From Proteromonas lacertae (Eukaryota): a stretch of DNA of 64,000 bases. The DNA lies in assembly GCA_002245135.1 (NCBI GenBank), contig NGBS01000874.1:62001-126000 (forward strand), given 5' to 3'. Below, piece after piece: positions 14,509-27,441 of the stretch. The notes beneath the pieces were generated by a model. It searched no databases. It saw only the letters and a list, made by a program, of their open reading frames with translations, and had not been told where the DNA came from. Both the position numbers and the translations under genes were made by a program. Numbering within the stretch: the stretch's first letter is position 1; every line of letters begins with the position of its first letter.

Positions 14509-15238
14509 GAATATATTGGTATTTGGATCATCATTATAGAAATGACAATAATCACAGTAATATCTAGCAAATTGAATATGGCAACTACTGCATTCATTGC
14601 TAATAGCTTGAACTTGACCACATTTCATACATTTGACTGTTTTGATTATATATCTGTTTATTTCGTGATTCTCTTTTTCATTATGACATAAACGACAAGT
14701 GTAGAATTTGTGACAACATTCTGCTAATATTGCACACTTCTTCTGATAATGTTTACATCCCATTATATTTTTATCTTCATCCTACAATTGTATCATATAA
14801 ATATATATACGAAATATGTTGCATGTATATCATCTAAATTCATCTCAACTTCTGGAACAGATCCAGCTCTTAATAATGGTGTAAAACTGTTATGTTCTCT
14901 GAAATGAAGAATAGTCTAGTAAAGTTAACAATAATGAAAATACTTGAACTAACTCACTTCTTTCACTTATGGTGAGATTCTCTACTTTCTTTAGCTCTTC
15001 TAATGTTTTTCTTATAATTGTTTTCTATTTACTCAATTATAACCATTCTATACTTCTAACTTCATTTTATCATCATCATTAACATATTCATCACTGTTAA
15101 TTCTTTCATCATATAGTTTATTTAAATAGTCCTAAAAATTAAACACCAAAATGATACAGTTAGTTTATCACAATTGTGAAAATATTTCTGAGGTATTTTG
15201 ATGGCTCTTGGTCTAAAACAGAAACAATTATTCATCAT
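13946..15238 (-). CDS. RCHY1: CHY zinc finger + RING-H2 + zinc ribbon E3 ligase (Pirh2/RCHY1-like)
   Basis: GCKHYQKKC..CCHKFYTCRLCH (CHY), CPICFE..CGHIIHKSC..CPLC (RING) and ILCNDC..HKCAFCGGYNT; 5' exons splice in frame from ATG 15238. Confidence 0.9.
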
Positions 15239-15349
15239 TATTCAAATTCTGATCGTTATGGCTTGGCTTGTATAAATCTTTGTTAAAAACACAATTCTTA
15301 ATTATATAATAATATATATATTTATATATTTATTTAGCTGCAATATAAA

Positions 15350-16088
15350 TTACTTGATGAAAACGAAGTAAACGAAACAGATAAGACCAGCCAACAACGC
15401 CAAAATCATAAACCATATCACCAATTTCATGTATATATTCCTTCTATACATTCTCTACATAACAAATTAATAAAATAAAATATTATACTGTTAATATGCT
15501 TCTGGCTGTATCTGCATTATCTTTCACACGAATTGCATTGTCCTTTGAATGTATAAGTTTTTTATTTTGATTATCTATTTCACTTATTGTTCCTAAACCC
15601 ATTTCTTCAGCATCTTGTGCTGTTCTTAAAGCATCTTTCAATATTTCACTGCCTTGTGCTAATTCTTCATTTGAATCAGCTAATCTCTTTCTATCTGCAT
15701 TTTTCTATTATGAAACAATAGAAATTGATAATTTATACACCTCCACGCTTTCCATATAACTGATTCTTTGAAGCTGTGTTTACTATTCTATTACATCTGG
15801 TTTTTAGGTTTTTCATCTGTTCTTCATATTCAGTTAGTTTGCTTTTCCATTGTCCTTTTGATTTTGGATCTAAGGATCTAAATTCTCTCTTCATCTGATC
15901 GTAAGTATCAACCAAAGATGTGAGATCACTAGATATTTTGTTGCCTAAATCATCTCTTTCAGATTCTATTTTCACTATAAGCAAGAACAAAGAATACCAT
16001 CTTCTGTTGCTTTGTATTCTTTTAAACCTTTCTTAAGAGACTTAGTTAATTCGTTAAATTCATCTTCATATTCACCAATGATATCCAT
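15350..16088 (-). CDS. VTI1: Qb-SNARE Vti1
   Basis: MDIIGEYEDEFNEL Habc domain, SNARE motif (LKDALRTAQDAEEMGLGTISEIDNQNKKL) and C-terminal TM; three short introns. Confidence 0.85.
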
Positions 16089-16196
16089 CTTCTTTTAGAT
16101 CACTTTTTTTGAAAATTAAAAAAGATCAAAAAGCTTGGATTTATGCTTGATTAATTTTGTGGGGTTATTTTTGGCTAGATTTTGGAAGAAAAAATC

Positions 16197-16956
16197 ATGA
16201 AGAGAGGAAGGGTAAGTGCTAAAACGATAAAAGATGAATCAGAGAATAATACAAGGGAAAATGATGAGATATACCAAAAAGCAAAGCAATTAAAAATAGT
16301 TGAACAAACCCGCCAATACGAACTACCTAAAACAACATTATTACCTGATAGTATAACATATTTAAGCTATTTATGATGTAGAATTCCAGAATATATCAAA
16401 CATTCCACTGAGTATTAGTGGATCAAGAAGGCAAACTAGGCAAATGTATATATTCCCAGGAAATATAAATCCAAAGAAGACTGGTGTAATAGGTTCAATT
16501 AATGATGAAGATAATGAACATCCAATAATGACTTTTACATTTCCTAATGGTTCATTGCAATTTAATGGTGTAAGAGTAATTCCAAAGCACCAGCTGTTAG
16601 TAATACAACATGACAATAAGAAAATAAAAGTTGATAAATTCGATCATGTTGTTTTGTTTTCTGAAGAAAAATGGATTGATAAAGATGGTAATGTAGGTCC
16701 ATTACCAAGATCTATATTAGAACAGCCAATTAAAAGTGAGGAAAAAGAAGAAAAGAAAGAGATAGAAAATAATGAAGAATCACAAATGGAAGAATCACAG
16801 GTAGAAGAATCTCAACTTGCTGCTTCATTTTTAGATGATTCAACCATTGATATTGAAGAAGATGAGGATAGTTATGCTAAATATTTGTCTTTTATTGATG
16901 AAATTGATAATAACACACAAAGTCAAAATACATCTGTAGATAACTCGCAACAATAA
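16197..16956 (+). CDS. RHL1: RHL1-like protein (topoisomerase VI accessory subunit family)
   Basis: YIFPG..G.IG.I..P...FPNG.L.F.G..V.PK...FD.VVLFSE..WI matches the plant RHL1 core as I recall it; acidic tail; intron 16351-16381. Confidence 0.7.
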
Positions 16957-17095
16957 TATGTTATAACTTTTTTTTAATGTTATTTATGAATTTATTCTTC
17001 TTCTTTTTAATAATACATAGTAATACAGCTTGAATAACTCAAACATCAATTTTTAGTTTTTTTCATTTTTTTCAATTGTTTGTCAGTAAATTAAT

Positions 17096-17449
17096 ATGAA
17101 TAAATTAAATCCTTTGTTAAATCTAGGGAAGAAATTTGTTCCACAAATGGTAGATGGAGTTTGGCATAGTCCAGCTATATCAGCCAGGCAGAAAGCAGAA
17201 TTATTCAAGGAATGGAAATATTTTGGCACAATATATGGAATCCAACGTCGTATAACATATATTCGTTTTTTTAAAAACATAGAATGGGATCCAACGTGGA
17301 GTACAATACCAAAACCAATTATTATGAAACCACCAAAAGGTCATAAATTTGATAATGAAAAATCTCAAAGAGCAGATGAAGTAGTTAAAAAATTAGATGA
17401 AATGCCAAAACTTATACAGGAATATAGAAATGTATTTTAAAAATAATAT

Positions 17450-17492
<43 letters not shown>

Positions 17493-17749
17493 AATAGAAA
17501 TATCATGAAGCACATAAAAAAGTTGGTTTACTAGAAAAGTTTGGTTTAAATGATATATATTCTGAGAATGAGAAGAAAGACAATAGAAGTAAATCGAAAA
17601 AGAAGAATAATAATATGGGTAAAAGAAGTCAAACAAAGGCTGCTAAAGCAAATGGTAAAGCAGATAAAAATGCAAAAGGATCAAACAAGAAAGGAGCAGC
17701 CCCAGCAAAAAAAGCAGCTCCAGCTAAATCTGCAACTAAAAAGAAGTAA
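17096..17749 (+). CDS. MRPL25: Mitochondrial ribosomal protein mL59 (MRPL25-like) with Lys/Ala-rich C-terminal extension
   Basis: WHSPAISARQKAEL and PPKGHKFD...LDEMPKLIQEYR motifs; two introns; last exon 17498-17749. Confidence 0.75.
17452..17488. repeat. (TA)n microsatellite inside an intron
   Basis: TA run within mL59 intron 2. Confidence 0.9.
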
Positions 17750-17928
17750 TTTTCATTTATTGTTGTTTAATGTAGTATGTGTGTGTTGAAAATAATGAAA
17801 AATTAAAATCATCAAACAAACAGATGTCAAACCTAAGTTTTCATTTTCTTTCTTCTCGTTTTGTAGTGCTATTTGATGGGTCTTTAGAGTATTGATTTTG
17901 GTATTAAAATGAAAATAGAAACGAGGCT

Positions 17929-18733
17929 ATGAAATTAGTCTCATCATATCTAGGTTATTCAGATTTATCTTGTCACTTAGAATCAAATCACACTAGATCT
18001 ATAAATGCTCAAATAAATAATGATGGAAATATAACATATCTGCAAGTATTTTTATATTTTCACACAACAATTTGAATAGTTTTGGTTATCTTCCAATGAA
18101 AAGTTCTTAGATACAGTTGGAAGTATTTTTATTACCAATTTGAAGTCAATTATTATACTATTCCAAGAAAATAATCAAACTGTATAATTTGATATTCATT
18201 CATTTTACTTGAAATAGTCTATCAATTATGCAATATCAATATCAAAATCAGTTAAACTATACAACATATTTCACACTCACAATCAGCATACTCCTCGTTT
18301 ATATCTTATACAAATGAATAATGACACATCTCCTCTTAGAAGATCAATATCAGATGAAATATCACCCTCATTCCAATACTATAAATATATATACAGAGAA
18401 TTTTATTCAGAATACACTATATTCAATGATATAATAACATCAATGCCTTTATCAAAACAAAACTCAACATCTTCATCCAATGATAATAGAGAGAGAGATA
18501 ATTATAGAATGATGATGATGGTAGATGATAATTCAATAACTCATTGTAAAATATGTAATAAAAAGTTCAATATATTAAATCGTAAACATCATTGTAGGTT
18601 GTGTAATAGTATAATATGTGGAAGTTGTTCAACTCATAAAGCTATTTTAAACAGAGGAATTGATGATAGTGATAATGAAAGTAAAAAACCTGTTAGAATA
18701 TGTGATTTATGCTTTAGTAATTTAGATATTTAA
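17929..18733 (+). CDS. FYVE zinc finger protein
   Basis: CKIC..F..LNRKHHCRLC..IC..CS...VRICDLC; two 5' introns restore an ORF from ATG 17929. Confidence 0.85.
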
Positions 18734-18764
18734 CTACAACAAAACAATATTAAATAACTTATAT

Positions 18765-19415
18765 TTATAATAGAATTCCTAAATATTCACATCTTGGGTA
18801 TTTTTCTGTTAATTCTTCCCACTGAACTATGAATCTATCAGCTATTGGTAACATTAATAATCCTGATAAGGATAAGGATTGTACTCTGCAAAAACTTTCA
18901 ATAAAGATGATATGACAGTTTAACAAACCAAGATAATTAAACATTACTATCATATATGCTATTGATATACTAACTCCGGGTCCATTAACCAGTAGCAACT
19001 CTGGATTATATTTTCTAATAACTTTTAAACCATCAATAAATGAATAAAGTGTTGTGAATATAGAACTAAAATATGATTGTCCTACTTCTCTACTTCTGCT
19101 AATATAATCTATTGTTCTATCTCTACGTATGTTTTCTTTAGTATCCAAGTGTTTTACACTGTTTGTATCAGTTTTCGAAATTACATAATGAGTAGGTGTG
19201 TATATTTCATCTGATAAGCATCGTATCATAGATAGCATTTCTGATGTATGTCCTCCTGATCCTAATACTACCATGGTTTCTACTTTCTTATTCTTTCTCT
19301 TAGGCACTGATTTCTTCCTAAATATTGGTAGAATATACATTAATCTTGCAAAAGCCCATACTATAAATAGAATAAACCCACTATATAATGGGTTATTTAG
19401 AAAAAAAGAAATCAT
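18765..19415 (-). CDS. ALG14: UDP-N-acetylglucosamine transferase subunit ALG14
   Basis: VVLGSGGHTSEM, SRSREVGQSY, NGPG, IESFCRVQSLSLSG and FIVQW motifs. Confidence 0.95.
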   Translation of the reverse strand: MISFFLNNPLYSGFILFIVWAFARLMYILPIFRKKSVPKRKNKKVETMVVLGSGGHTSEMLSMIRCLSDEIYTPTHYVISKTDTNSVKHLDTKENIRRDRTIDYISRSREVGQSYFSSIFTTLYSFIDGLKVIRKYNPELLLVNGPGVSISIAYMIVMFNYLGLLNCHIIFIESFCRVQSLSLSGLLMLPIADRFIVQWEELTEKYPRCEYLGILL

Positions 19416-19457
19416 TCTTCAAACTTTTGCTTGATCAAAAAATAAAGTGATTTTTAA

Positions 19458-20462
19458 ATGAATTCTACTCTATCGCTTATCAGTTCATTCAACATAAATG
19501 ATTATTTTACCATTTTAATGGAACTATATAATGGAACTAACACCATTAGCGAGATATACGAAATACTCAAATACTGCTTCAATAGAACAGACATTAATTC
19601 TTCTGAATATGATTATCTCCAGTTGTCATATCAAATTAAACCTATGAATAATAGAGACTGTCCAGTATTATATAACTTGTTCATATTTATAAACAATAGA
19701 TAAAAGTCATATCTTTTGATTTAGATAATACTCTATGGGATTCTTCAAAATTATTAGAAAACGCTAGAGAAAAATCCTTTAACTATTTCTGTACAAAATG
19801 CCCTACCTGCTTAAATACCTATCCATCCTACAAAGAATTTGAATTACATATAAATGAGTCCATGAAAAAGAATGAAAAATTAAAAAATGAATGGTCGTTA
19901 ATGAGATTAAGGTGTTTTAAGGAGGAATTACAAAAAGCAAAGAAATATTCAGAAAATGAAATAAACAGAATAAGTGAAAACTCAATGAAAGTATTCTATA
20001 AACATAGAAATTCAGTTTCGAAACATCTTTATAAAGGTGTATTAGAATTATTAAATATCTTAAAAGAATGTAAATTTACACTCATTACTATAACTAATGG
20101 TAACTGTGATATAAACCAAATCAATGATTTGAAGTCAATATTCAAATACAATATAAATGGTGAAAGTATTCATCATTTTAAACCTGATAAAGAAATATTC
20201 AATCATGCCATTGAATTATGTAAAACTGATAATAGTTCTTTATTAAATAGTGAATTTATTCATGTTGGCGATAGTTTGAATGAAGATATAGTTGGTGCAA
20301 AATCAGTTGAAATGCATACCATATTATTGAATAAGAATTGTAAATATGATAATGAAAAAAGCAATACTCACCCTGATATTGAAGTTAATTCATTCTGTGA
20401 AATATTAGTAGGAATATTATTTATTATATTAGAGAATAATTGATTATATTGATTTAATTTAA
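19458..20462 (+). CDS. HAD-superfamily hydrolase (NANP/YigB-like)
   Basis: After an intron near 19664-19699: VISFDLDNTLW, ITNGN, FKPDKEIF and HVGDSLNEDIVGA; a probable last intron at 20408-20432. Confidence 0.85.
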
Positions 20463-20609
20463 AATGTGTGTTTTTGTGTATATTTTGGGATTATAAATCA
20501 ATCTTTATAAAAACAAATTAGTATGCAGTTTATATATAATATATATTAACAATTTATATAGATATTTTCATTTATACTTCATGGCTACCATTAATATGGA
20601 ATTGTTAGT

Positions 20610-21536
20610 CTAATAGAAACAATTTTTCTTCATTTCAACCTTGCCTTTTGATTTTTGACAGGAACCATTTTCAGTAGCACTATCAGGAGTATTTTCAACT
20701 AAATCACTATCTAGATCACTATCTTTAGGTTCTGGTGGCGGTTTTACAACCTTCTTTCTTCTTTTCTTTTTTACACCACGTGGAGCAGCCACATACATTA
20801 TTATAAGCTTATCATATTTTTCTTTATTATGTATTTCAAGAGATGTATAATTAAACAATTCGCAACTCTTTTTACTCCACCTAGTATGTACCGTAGTTTC
20901 ATTATTAATTATATAACGTTTCTTTTCGTATGGTTTATTAGATATAACATAACTGAAATTTTTACCTATTTTATACTCATTTCTCTTTATTACCTTCCTT
21001 GTTCTTATAGATAATAAATCAAATATATTACTATTACTTTCCTTATCTTTAATAATAGCTTTATTCTCTTCTACATATACTTCATTCTCTTCACTCTTAA
21101 ATGTATTTTGAATCGGAAGTATAACGGTATTTACTATTTCATCATATACAGGTATTTTATAACCACACTTTTTAGGTAGTATAAAATTATAGTCACATGC
21201 GTCTATCCCTAAATAGTTCACTTCATCTTCATTAACAACGTTATGTTGGTTAATAATATCAAATATTGCATCTTCACCAGATTTACATATATCTGGATAT
21301 ATATCATCGTTTAAAGGTTTGATTAGATTGTGTATTACATTACTTTTTTTGTTGATATCTGTTGAATATATTTTATATAGTAAGTTGTATATATAAATTA
21401 GTGTTTTTTTGTACAATATTTCGATAATTATAACTAGTGCACATTTGAATTTGTAGAAAAAAATAGTATAAGCATCATTATAATATAATAATTTACAATA
21501 TTCACTGTTATTTTTCATCTTTACTGATATACACAT
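20610..21536 (-). CDS. Hypothetical protein (orphan, intronless ORF, basic/Pro-rich C-terminus)
   Basis: 308-aa ORF with no recognised family; the start is uncertain. Confidence 0.4.
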   Translation of the reverse strand: MCISVKMKNNSEYCKLLYYNDAYTIFFYKFKCALVIIIEILYKKTLIYIYNLLYKIYSTDINKKSNVIHNLIKPLNDDIYPDICKSGEDAIFDIINQHNVVNEDEVNYLGIDACDYNFILPKKCGYKIPVYDEIVNTVILPIQNTFKSEENEVYVEENKAIIKDKESNSNIFDLLSIRTRKVIKRNEYKIGKNFSYVISNKPYEKKRYIINNETTVHTRWSKKSCELFNYTSLEIHNKEKYDKLIIMYVAAPRGVKKKRRKKVVKPPPEPKDSDLDSDLVENTPDSATENGSCQKSKGKVEMKKNCFY

Positions 21537-21655
21537 ATAAATATACTCAATTTTGTGAAAGAAACGAATAAATTTTTACTAATAAAAACATATAAAATAA
21601 CATAGTAAACAATGTATAATAAATTAAACAATATAATTAGTATGTTTCAATTCTA

Positions 21656-22366
21656 TTAATCTATACTTTTATTAAAAATATAGACACGAAGCACATCTTT
21701 TAAGATTGGTTTAGTATGACGACTAAAATAATTCATTTCATTATTATTAATACGTCTAATACTAAACATTAATATATTCAAATGATTAGGTGAAAGCTTT
21801 AGGTTAACATTTGCAGGTGGGATTATATTATTGGCAGAGATTATGCTTTTCATGTTCCGTTTCCCTTTATCATTATCATTTTCTCTTTCTGGAGAAGTAA
21901 CATCATTAGCTTCAGGATCACCGCCAACAGGAACAGCTGGAGATGAAGGTATAACGGAAGAAGAAGATAAAAGTTGTAGTTTATGCTTTAATGGTTTGTG
22001 TATAAAATAAGCAAATCTACTTGTACATTCTTTAATGTTTTCGAATATTCCTCGAAAAGTATTAACAATTGAATGCTTAAGGGTCTTCATTGTGACATTT
22101 TCCTCTTTTTCTATCACATTCTTCTGACTTCTCCTTAAAATAGATTTTTTTAAACCATTGAAATTTATACTAGAATAATTTATTCTATCAATTATATGTT
22201 GCTTCATTAATCCTATGTTTGATATATTAGAATTATAAATGTGATCGATGGTGTTTTTGTCCATTAAACCATTTTTGTTAAATTTCACAACATTTGCTGT
22301 GCCTACATTAAAATATGTATCGACAGTAAAAAAATGACTTAAATTTGTCATGTGTGTAAATTCCAT
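21656..22366 (-). CDS. Hypothetical protein (orphan, intronless ORF)
   Basis: 236-aa ORF starting at ATG; no recognised family. Confidence 0.45.
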   Translation of the reverse strand: MEFTHMTNLSHFFTVDTYFNVGTANVVKFNKNGLMDKNTIDHIYNSNISNIGLMKQHIIDRINYSSINFNGLKKSILRRSQKNVIEKEENVTMKTLKHSIVNTFRGIFENIKECTSRFAYFIHKPLKHKLQLLSSSSVIPSSPAVPVGGDPEANDVTSPERENDNDKGKRNMKSIISANNIIPPANVNLKLSPNHLNILMFSIRRINNNEMNYFSRHTKPILKDVLRVYIFNKSID

Positions 22367-22555
22367 TAACCACAGTTGTTTGTATGGTTTCTTGTCATAA
22401 CAAGAGTATTAAATAATTAATTTGGATGGAATATATACTTCTTTTCTTTTCTCTTATGGATAAAGGAATTAAACAATAAAAAGATTTGAACTTCTAATAA
22501 TGACTGTCAAGTTAAGTAAATTACCTCAAACTGTTATTTTTTTTCTTATTTTTAG

Positions 22556-25500
22556 ATGAAAGGTGTTTCATGTATAATCAATATGATATTATATAAAAAA
22601 AATAGTTGGGGTGAGGACAGATACAACTTTCCAATCAAATACATCTGAGGATGCAAACATAGAGTCAGAAGCACTAGAAAGAGCTCATAATGCATTTGCT
22701 AATGTTGTTATGCAAAAAGCAGGTGAAAAAATCCACAAAATATCGTCAGAGTTAGAAGATAACAAAATAAGGCTAAAAATAAGTGAAGAGTATATATAGA
22801 ATTATCATTAATCTATACATTGTTGTAGAAGTCGGGAGAAGATGAGTTTAGCATTAAAGGACGCTACTGAGCGTTTTGAATCACTACAGAAGACTATGTT
22901 ACTTGCAGAAAAGGCAGTTGATGCTGTTGAAAGTGAAATACTTGTTAAGTCAAGAATGACAGATAAAATGAGTAAAGAAATTGAAGCTCATGTTGATACT
23001 GAAGCAGACCTAAGGATAGCACTTAAAAACTCAAACAAAGAATTAAAGAAAACAGTAGAATTTGTAGTATCATTACAAACAATAATGGTTGCTTTAAAAC
23101 AAGATATAAAAGCAAGATCAACAATACAAGACAGGTTAATAAGAGATGTTGAATCACTAGAAATAGAAAAGAAGAAATACTCAGACAAATGTGAAAAATT
23201 AAACCAAAAAATACAAAAATTAGAAAATGAGAAGAGTGAAGTATATCATAACTTTGAAGAGCAAAAGCAAGAAACATTAATTGCACAGCGTGAGGTTGAT
23301 AAATTATCATGTGATGTAGAAGCATTATTAGCTAGTAAAACTGTTTTATTACAACAGTGGCAAGAAGCAATGAATTCAATGTGTGAAAGAAATAATACTT
23401 TGTTTGTATATAATAATATATCTATTTATTTATTATTATTATTATTTATAGAAAGTAATTCAAGAAAAAGAATTTATTGAAAATGAAATGAAAGCAATTA
23501 ATACAGATACAAGTACCTATACAAATGAAATAAAATCACTACATCAATATGTATTATAAAAACCATCATCATTTTCTTATATTCATTTATTAATAGATAA
23601 AGAATCTAGAAACTCAAGTTGAACTACAAAATAAAACAATGGTTGTTTATAGAAAAGAAGTTGATAAATATGAAGGAGAAATAAAACTGTTGAAAAGATC
23701 AGTGGAAGAGACAAGAGCAAGGTATGAAAAGTCGTTACAAGAACAGAAATACATTGATAATGTAAAGAAAGAAGCTGAAATCAGATATGTAACAAAAGAT
23801 GCAAGATCAAGAATAGAGAATGCAGAAACTAAAGCTAATGAAGAAAAAGAATTGAGAGAAAGAATAGAAAAAAATAGAATAGATCAATTGAATAGATTAC
23901 ACGAAAAGCACTTTCAAGAGAAAATAGAAACTGAAATGAGTATGAATAATGCAAAAATTAGTTTGAATAAGAATTCCATCAAGTATGTGGAGTTGGAAAG
24001 GAAATATGATGAGATGTTGAATGAATATAATGTTCTATTGGAGAAATATGAAAATTCTACAAAAATGAATGAGAAATATGAAATAAAATTATATAAACAT
24101 CAAAATGAACTGTTATATAGAAATTATAAAGAAAATAAAACTGATTATAAATTTAATAAAATGATAGAAGAATATAAAGAAAGAGAAACCAATTACAATG
24201 TATTAATATTATATTATTTATTATAATAAATAGACTGAAATAAATAAACTAAAGAATGAAATAACAGATTTAAATAAAATCATCAAAACTCAAGAAGATG
24301 ATATAAAAAAGACATCTACACAAGCAATAAAACGAAGTGAAATAATAATAGATAAAGAAAAAGATATAGATAATGTAATAGGTGAAAATTTAGCATTGAA
24401 ATCAATGAAACAAAGATCAGATCGTGAAAGTGATACTTTACAGAAACAGAATTTGGAATTATTAAAAACAGAGTCGTTAAGTCATGTAAAAGTTAGACAA
24501 ATACAACAAAGTAATAATGAATTAGTCCAAGAGAATAAATTGTTAAAGAAACAAGTCGAAGATCTTCAAGCGATGTTGGAAGTGAGAGAAGTGGAGTATA
24601 AAAATGCTGTGGATATATATAAAGAGAAATTAGTATTGAGTAAAAAAGATAAAGAATCATGTATATATATATATAAATTTCATATGTTTTATTTATTATA
24701 GTAACAAATAATCAAGTTTCTACAAACAATCAACTGTATTTTGCAAGATATAGATTAAACTCAATGACAGAATTGCATAATGAAAAGAATAAGAAAGTCA
24801 AAGAACTTGAAACAGAAGTATTTGATTTAAAAATGACAATTGAAAAGATGAAGAGAAATATAGCCAAACAAGATTGTTTAATTAATAAACTAACTGAAAG
24901 ATTAGAGACTAAATTGGAACTACCAGTTCATCATTATAAAAGTACAAATAATTTATCACCTCGAAGTACAAATACACAGTATTGTACTAAATCTGAATTA
25001 ATGAATGTTACAAAAGAAAAGTATTTATATCCTATTAATCATTTAATGTTATTCTTTTTTATAGGAAGAAACTGGAAAGTGATTTGAATCAAGCAACTTT
25101 ACAATATGCTTCCTTATTAAATGAAACATTTCAATTGAGACAACAAAATAGAGAATTATTAGAACATGAAAAGAAGTTAAGTTTCAATACAGACGTTAAT
25201 CAAAATGCAATTGAAGATTTGAATAATGATATAAAATCCTATGCGTATTATTTATTTATTTATTTATTTATCATAGTGCAAGAATGGTTGAATTAACCAA
25301 TAAATACTTCAGAGTCGAAGGAATTGCTTGTAATTTAGATTTACAGTTAAGAAAAGCATATCCTGTTAATGAAATTTCGTATGAGTATATACCTGATATT
25401 AAACCATCTGAAGAACTTCATCAAGCGATAAACAATGAGTTAAATACACCATTAAACCATTCTCCAATCTGTACACCAGTATAAAAATATATACTATGTT

Positions 25501-25632
25501 CTATTATTCATTTAGTCTCCATTAAAACCAATTCCTCCTTCAACAAAGAAAGTTATAACACCTCATTCAAAAGTTCGTGTGTTTCACACATTTACTACAT
25601 CCGCTGGTGATATTGATAGTGATGATGATTAA
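22556..25632 (+). CDS. Long coiled-coil protein, CCDC40-like (axonemal ruler family)
   Basis: About ten exons of heptad-rich sequence; KTVLLQQWQEAMNSMCERNNTL resembles the CCDC40 'LLQQW...M..RD..L' motif. The coding region is clear, the family call is tentative. Confidence 0.6.
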
Positions 25633-25924
25633 TATAGATGTTCATTTGTGTATATAATTTGGTATTTATTTAAATTATGTAAATGCTATTTATTAAGTTT
25701 GTTTTGGGTGATTTAGTCATAATACAAAACATAAAAGTGATGGTGCTAATTAGTTTATTTCAATTTACAATATCATAGTGTTGAATTTGTGTTTCAGAAA
25801 ATATAGTCGTTTCTTATAAAGACGTAATAAAACAACATATTACATAATTCTAAGTTAGAATTAGATTTGTTCGTTTATATTTTCAGGTGATATAGTTGCT
25901 CTTATAATATAAAATATTTTTGAA

Positions 25925-27220
25925 ATGGGTCAAGTTGCTTCTCAAATTGACGATTTAGATGATTTAGATCGTCAAGCAGTCTTAAATTATGATTTAACCC
26001 TTCATGGTGTGTGTACTAAGATCAAAATTGGCGGAATTAAGAATATAGTAGTTGTAGTAGGAGCTGGAATTTCCACCTCAGCTGGAATACCTGATTTCAG
26101 AAGTGAAGGAACAGGTATTTATAATAACTTACAAGAATATAATTTACCAACACCTGAATCGATGTTTGATATAAACTATTTCAATGAAAATCCCAAACCC
26201 TTTTATTCTTTCGCCAAGAATTTATTACCAGGTAGTTACTATCCTACATTAGCTCATTACTTTTTGAAATTACTCAGCAACCACAACATACTACAGAAAG
26301 TATATACACAAAATGTAGATACTCTTGAAAGACTAGCAAAAATTCCAGAAGATAAAATATATGAATGTCATGGTAATTTCTCAACAGCACACTGTTCAAA
26401 ATGCAATTTAGCTTGTGATCCAACAATTTTAGTTAATGCAATTAATAATAATAGAGTGTTAAGATGTCTTAATTACCCTAAATGTGATGGTTATATCAAA
26501 CCAGGAATTGTATTTTATGGTGAACAATTGAAATCAGGATTTCAATTAATCAGTGCTACAGATATGATGGCAGCTGATTTGTTGATAATAATGGGTACTT
26601 CCTTAAGTGTAGATCCTTGCGCTAATTTACCCTATCAAGTAGATATGTATTGTCCAAGATTATTGATAAATGGAGAGAATATAGAACCATTTATAACATC
26701 CACAGTAAATAATAAGAATAAGAATTATCGTGATGTTACATGTATTGGAAATATAGATAATATAATCTGTGAATTTGCTAAAGAAATGGGATGGGAAAAT
26801 GAATTATACAAAATTCAAAGAAGAAGTATTAATGAATTAGACAGTCAATATCACCCTGAAAGATTATTTCGTCCATTTCATACTTTTGTTAATGTATTGA
26901 AGAGTTTCTCTCCATTCACACCAAGAGCTGATGATGAAGAAGGAGAAGAAGTGGAAGTAGATGAAGAGGAAAAGCAGAAAAGATTACAAATTAATGAAAG
27001 TGATATAGAAATTGAAGAAGTTGATACTTCAAAACAGAAGGCAAATAGTGAACCATCATCATCATCTTCATCTTCTTCTAATGTTAAACTTGGTAGAGTT
27101 GGAAGTATACTTGAGAATATATATGATGGATTGGAAATTGATGATGATAATGGAATGTATGGATTTAATAATGAAATAGCAAGAAATAATATACCTTATA
27201 TTATACCAACATTCTTTTAA
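25925..27220 (+). CDS. NAD-dependent deacetylase, class I sirtuin (SIRT2/Hst2-like)
   Basis: GAGISTSAGIPDFRS, YTQNVDTLE, ECHG, CxxC..CxxxxC, KPGIVFYGE and GTSL motifs. Confidence 0.95.
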   Translation: MGQVASQIDDLDDLDRQAVLNYDLTLHGVCTKIKIGGIKNIVVVVGAGISTSAGIPDFRSEGTGIYNNLQEYNLPTPESMFDINYFNENPKPFYSFAKNLLPGSYYPTLAHYFLKLLSNHNILQKVYTQNVDTLERLAKIPEDKIYECHGNFSTAHCSKCNLACDPTILVNAINNNRVLRCLNYPKCDGYIKPGIVFYGEQLKSGFQLISATDMMAADLLIIMGTSLSVDPCANLPYQVDMYCPRLLINGENIEPFITSTVNNKNKNYRDVTCIGNIDNIICEFAKEMGWENELYKIQRRSINELDSQYHPERLFRPFHTFVNVLKSFSPFTPRADDEEGEEVEVDEEEKQKRLQINESDIEIEEVDTSKQKANSEPSSSSSSSSNVKLGRVGSILENIYDGLEIDDDNGMYGFNNEIARNNIPYIIPTFF

Positions 27221-27441
27221 TAGAAGAACAAGATAGATTAGATATTCCCATTTTTCACTTTTCCTAATTAATAGTCATTTATCTTTTAATATATATTCAT
27301 GTATATTTAATCATTAGTTGATAATATAATTATGATTTAATATATGTAGTATATAGTTTAGTTATGTTATGAAATTGTTTTGATTGTGTTTGTTTTTTAG
27401 AAATATTTAAAAAGAAAAATAAACAATAAAATATTATTAAT

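Noticed and set aside
15132..15157. Intron starting GTATCATTT as a second U12 candidate
   Set aside because: Only 26 nt long with no convincing CCTTAA-like branch point; fits the ordinary short U2 class.
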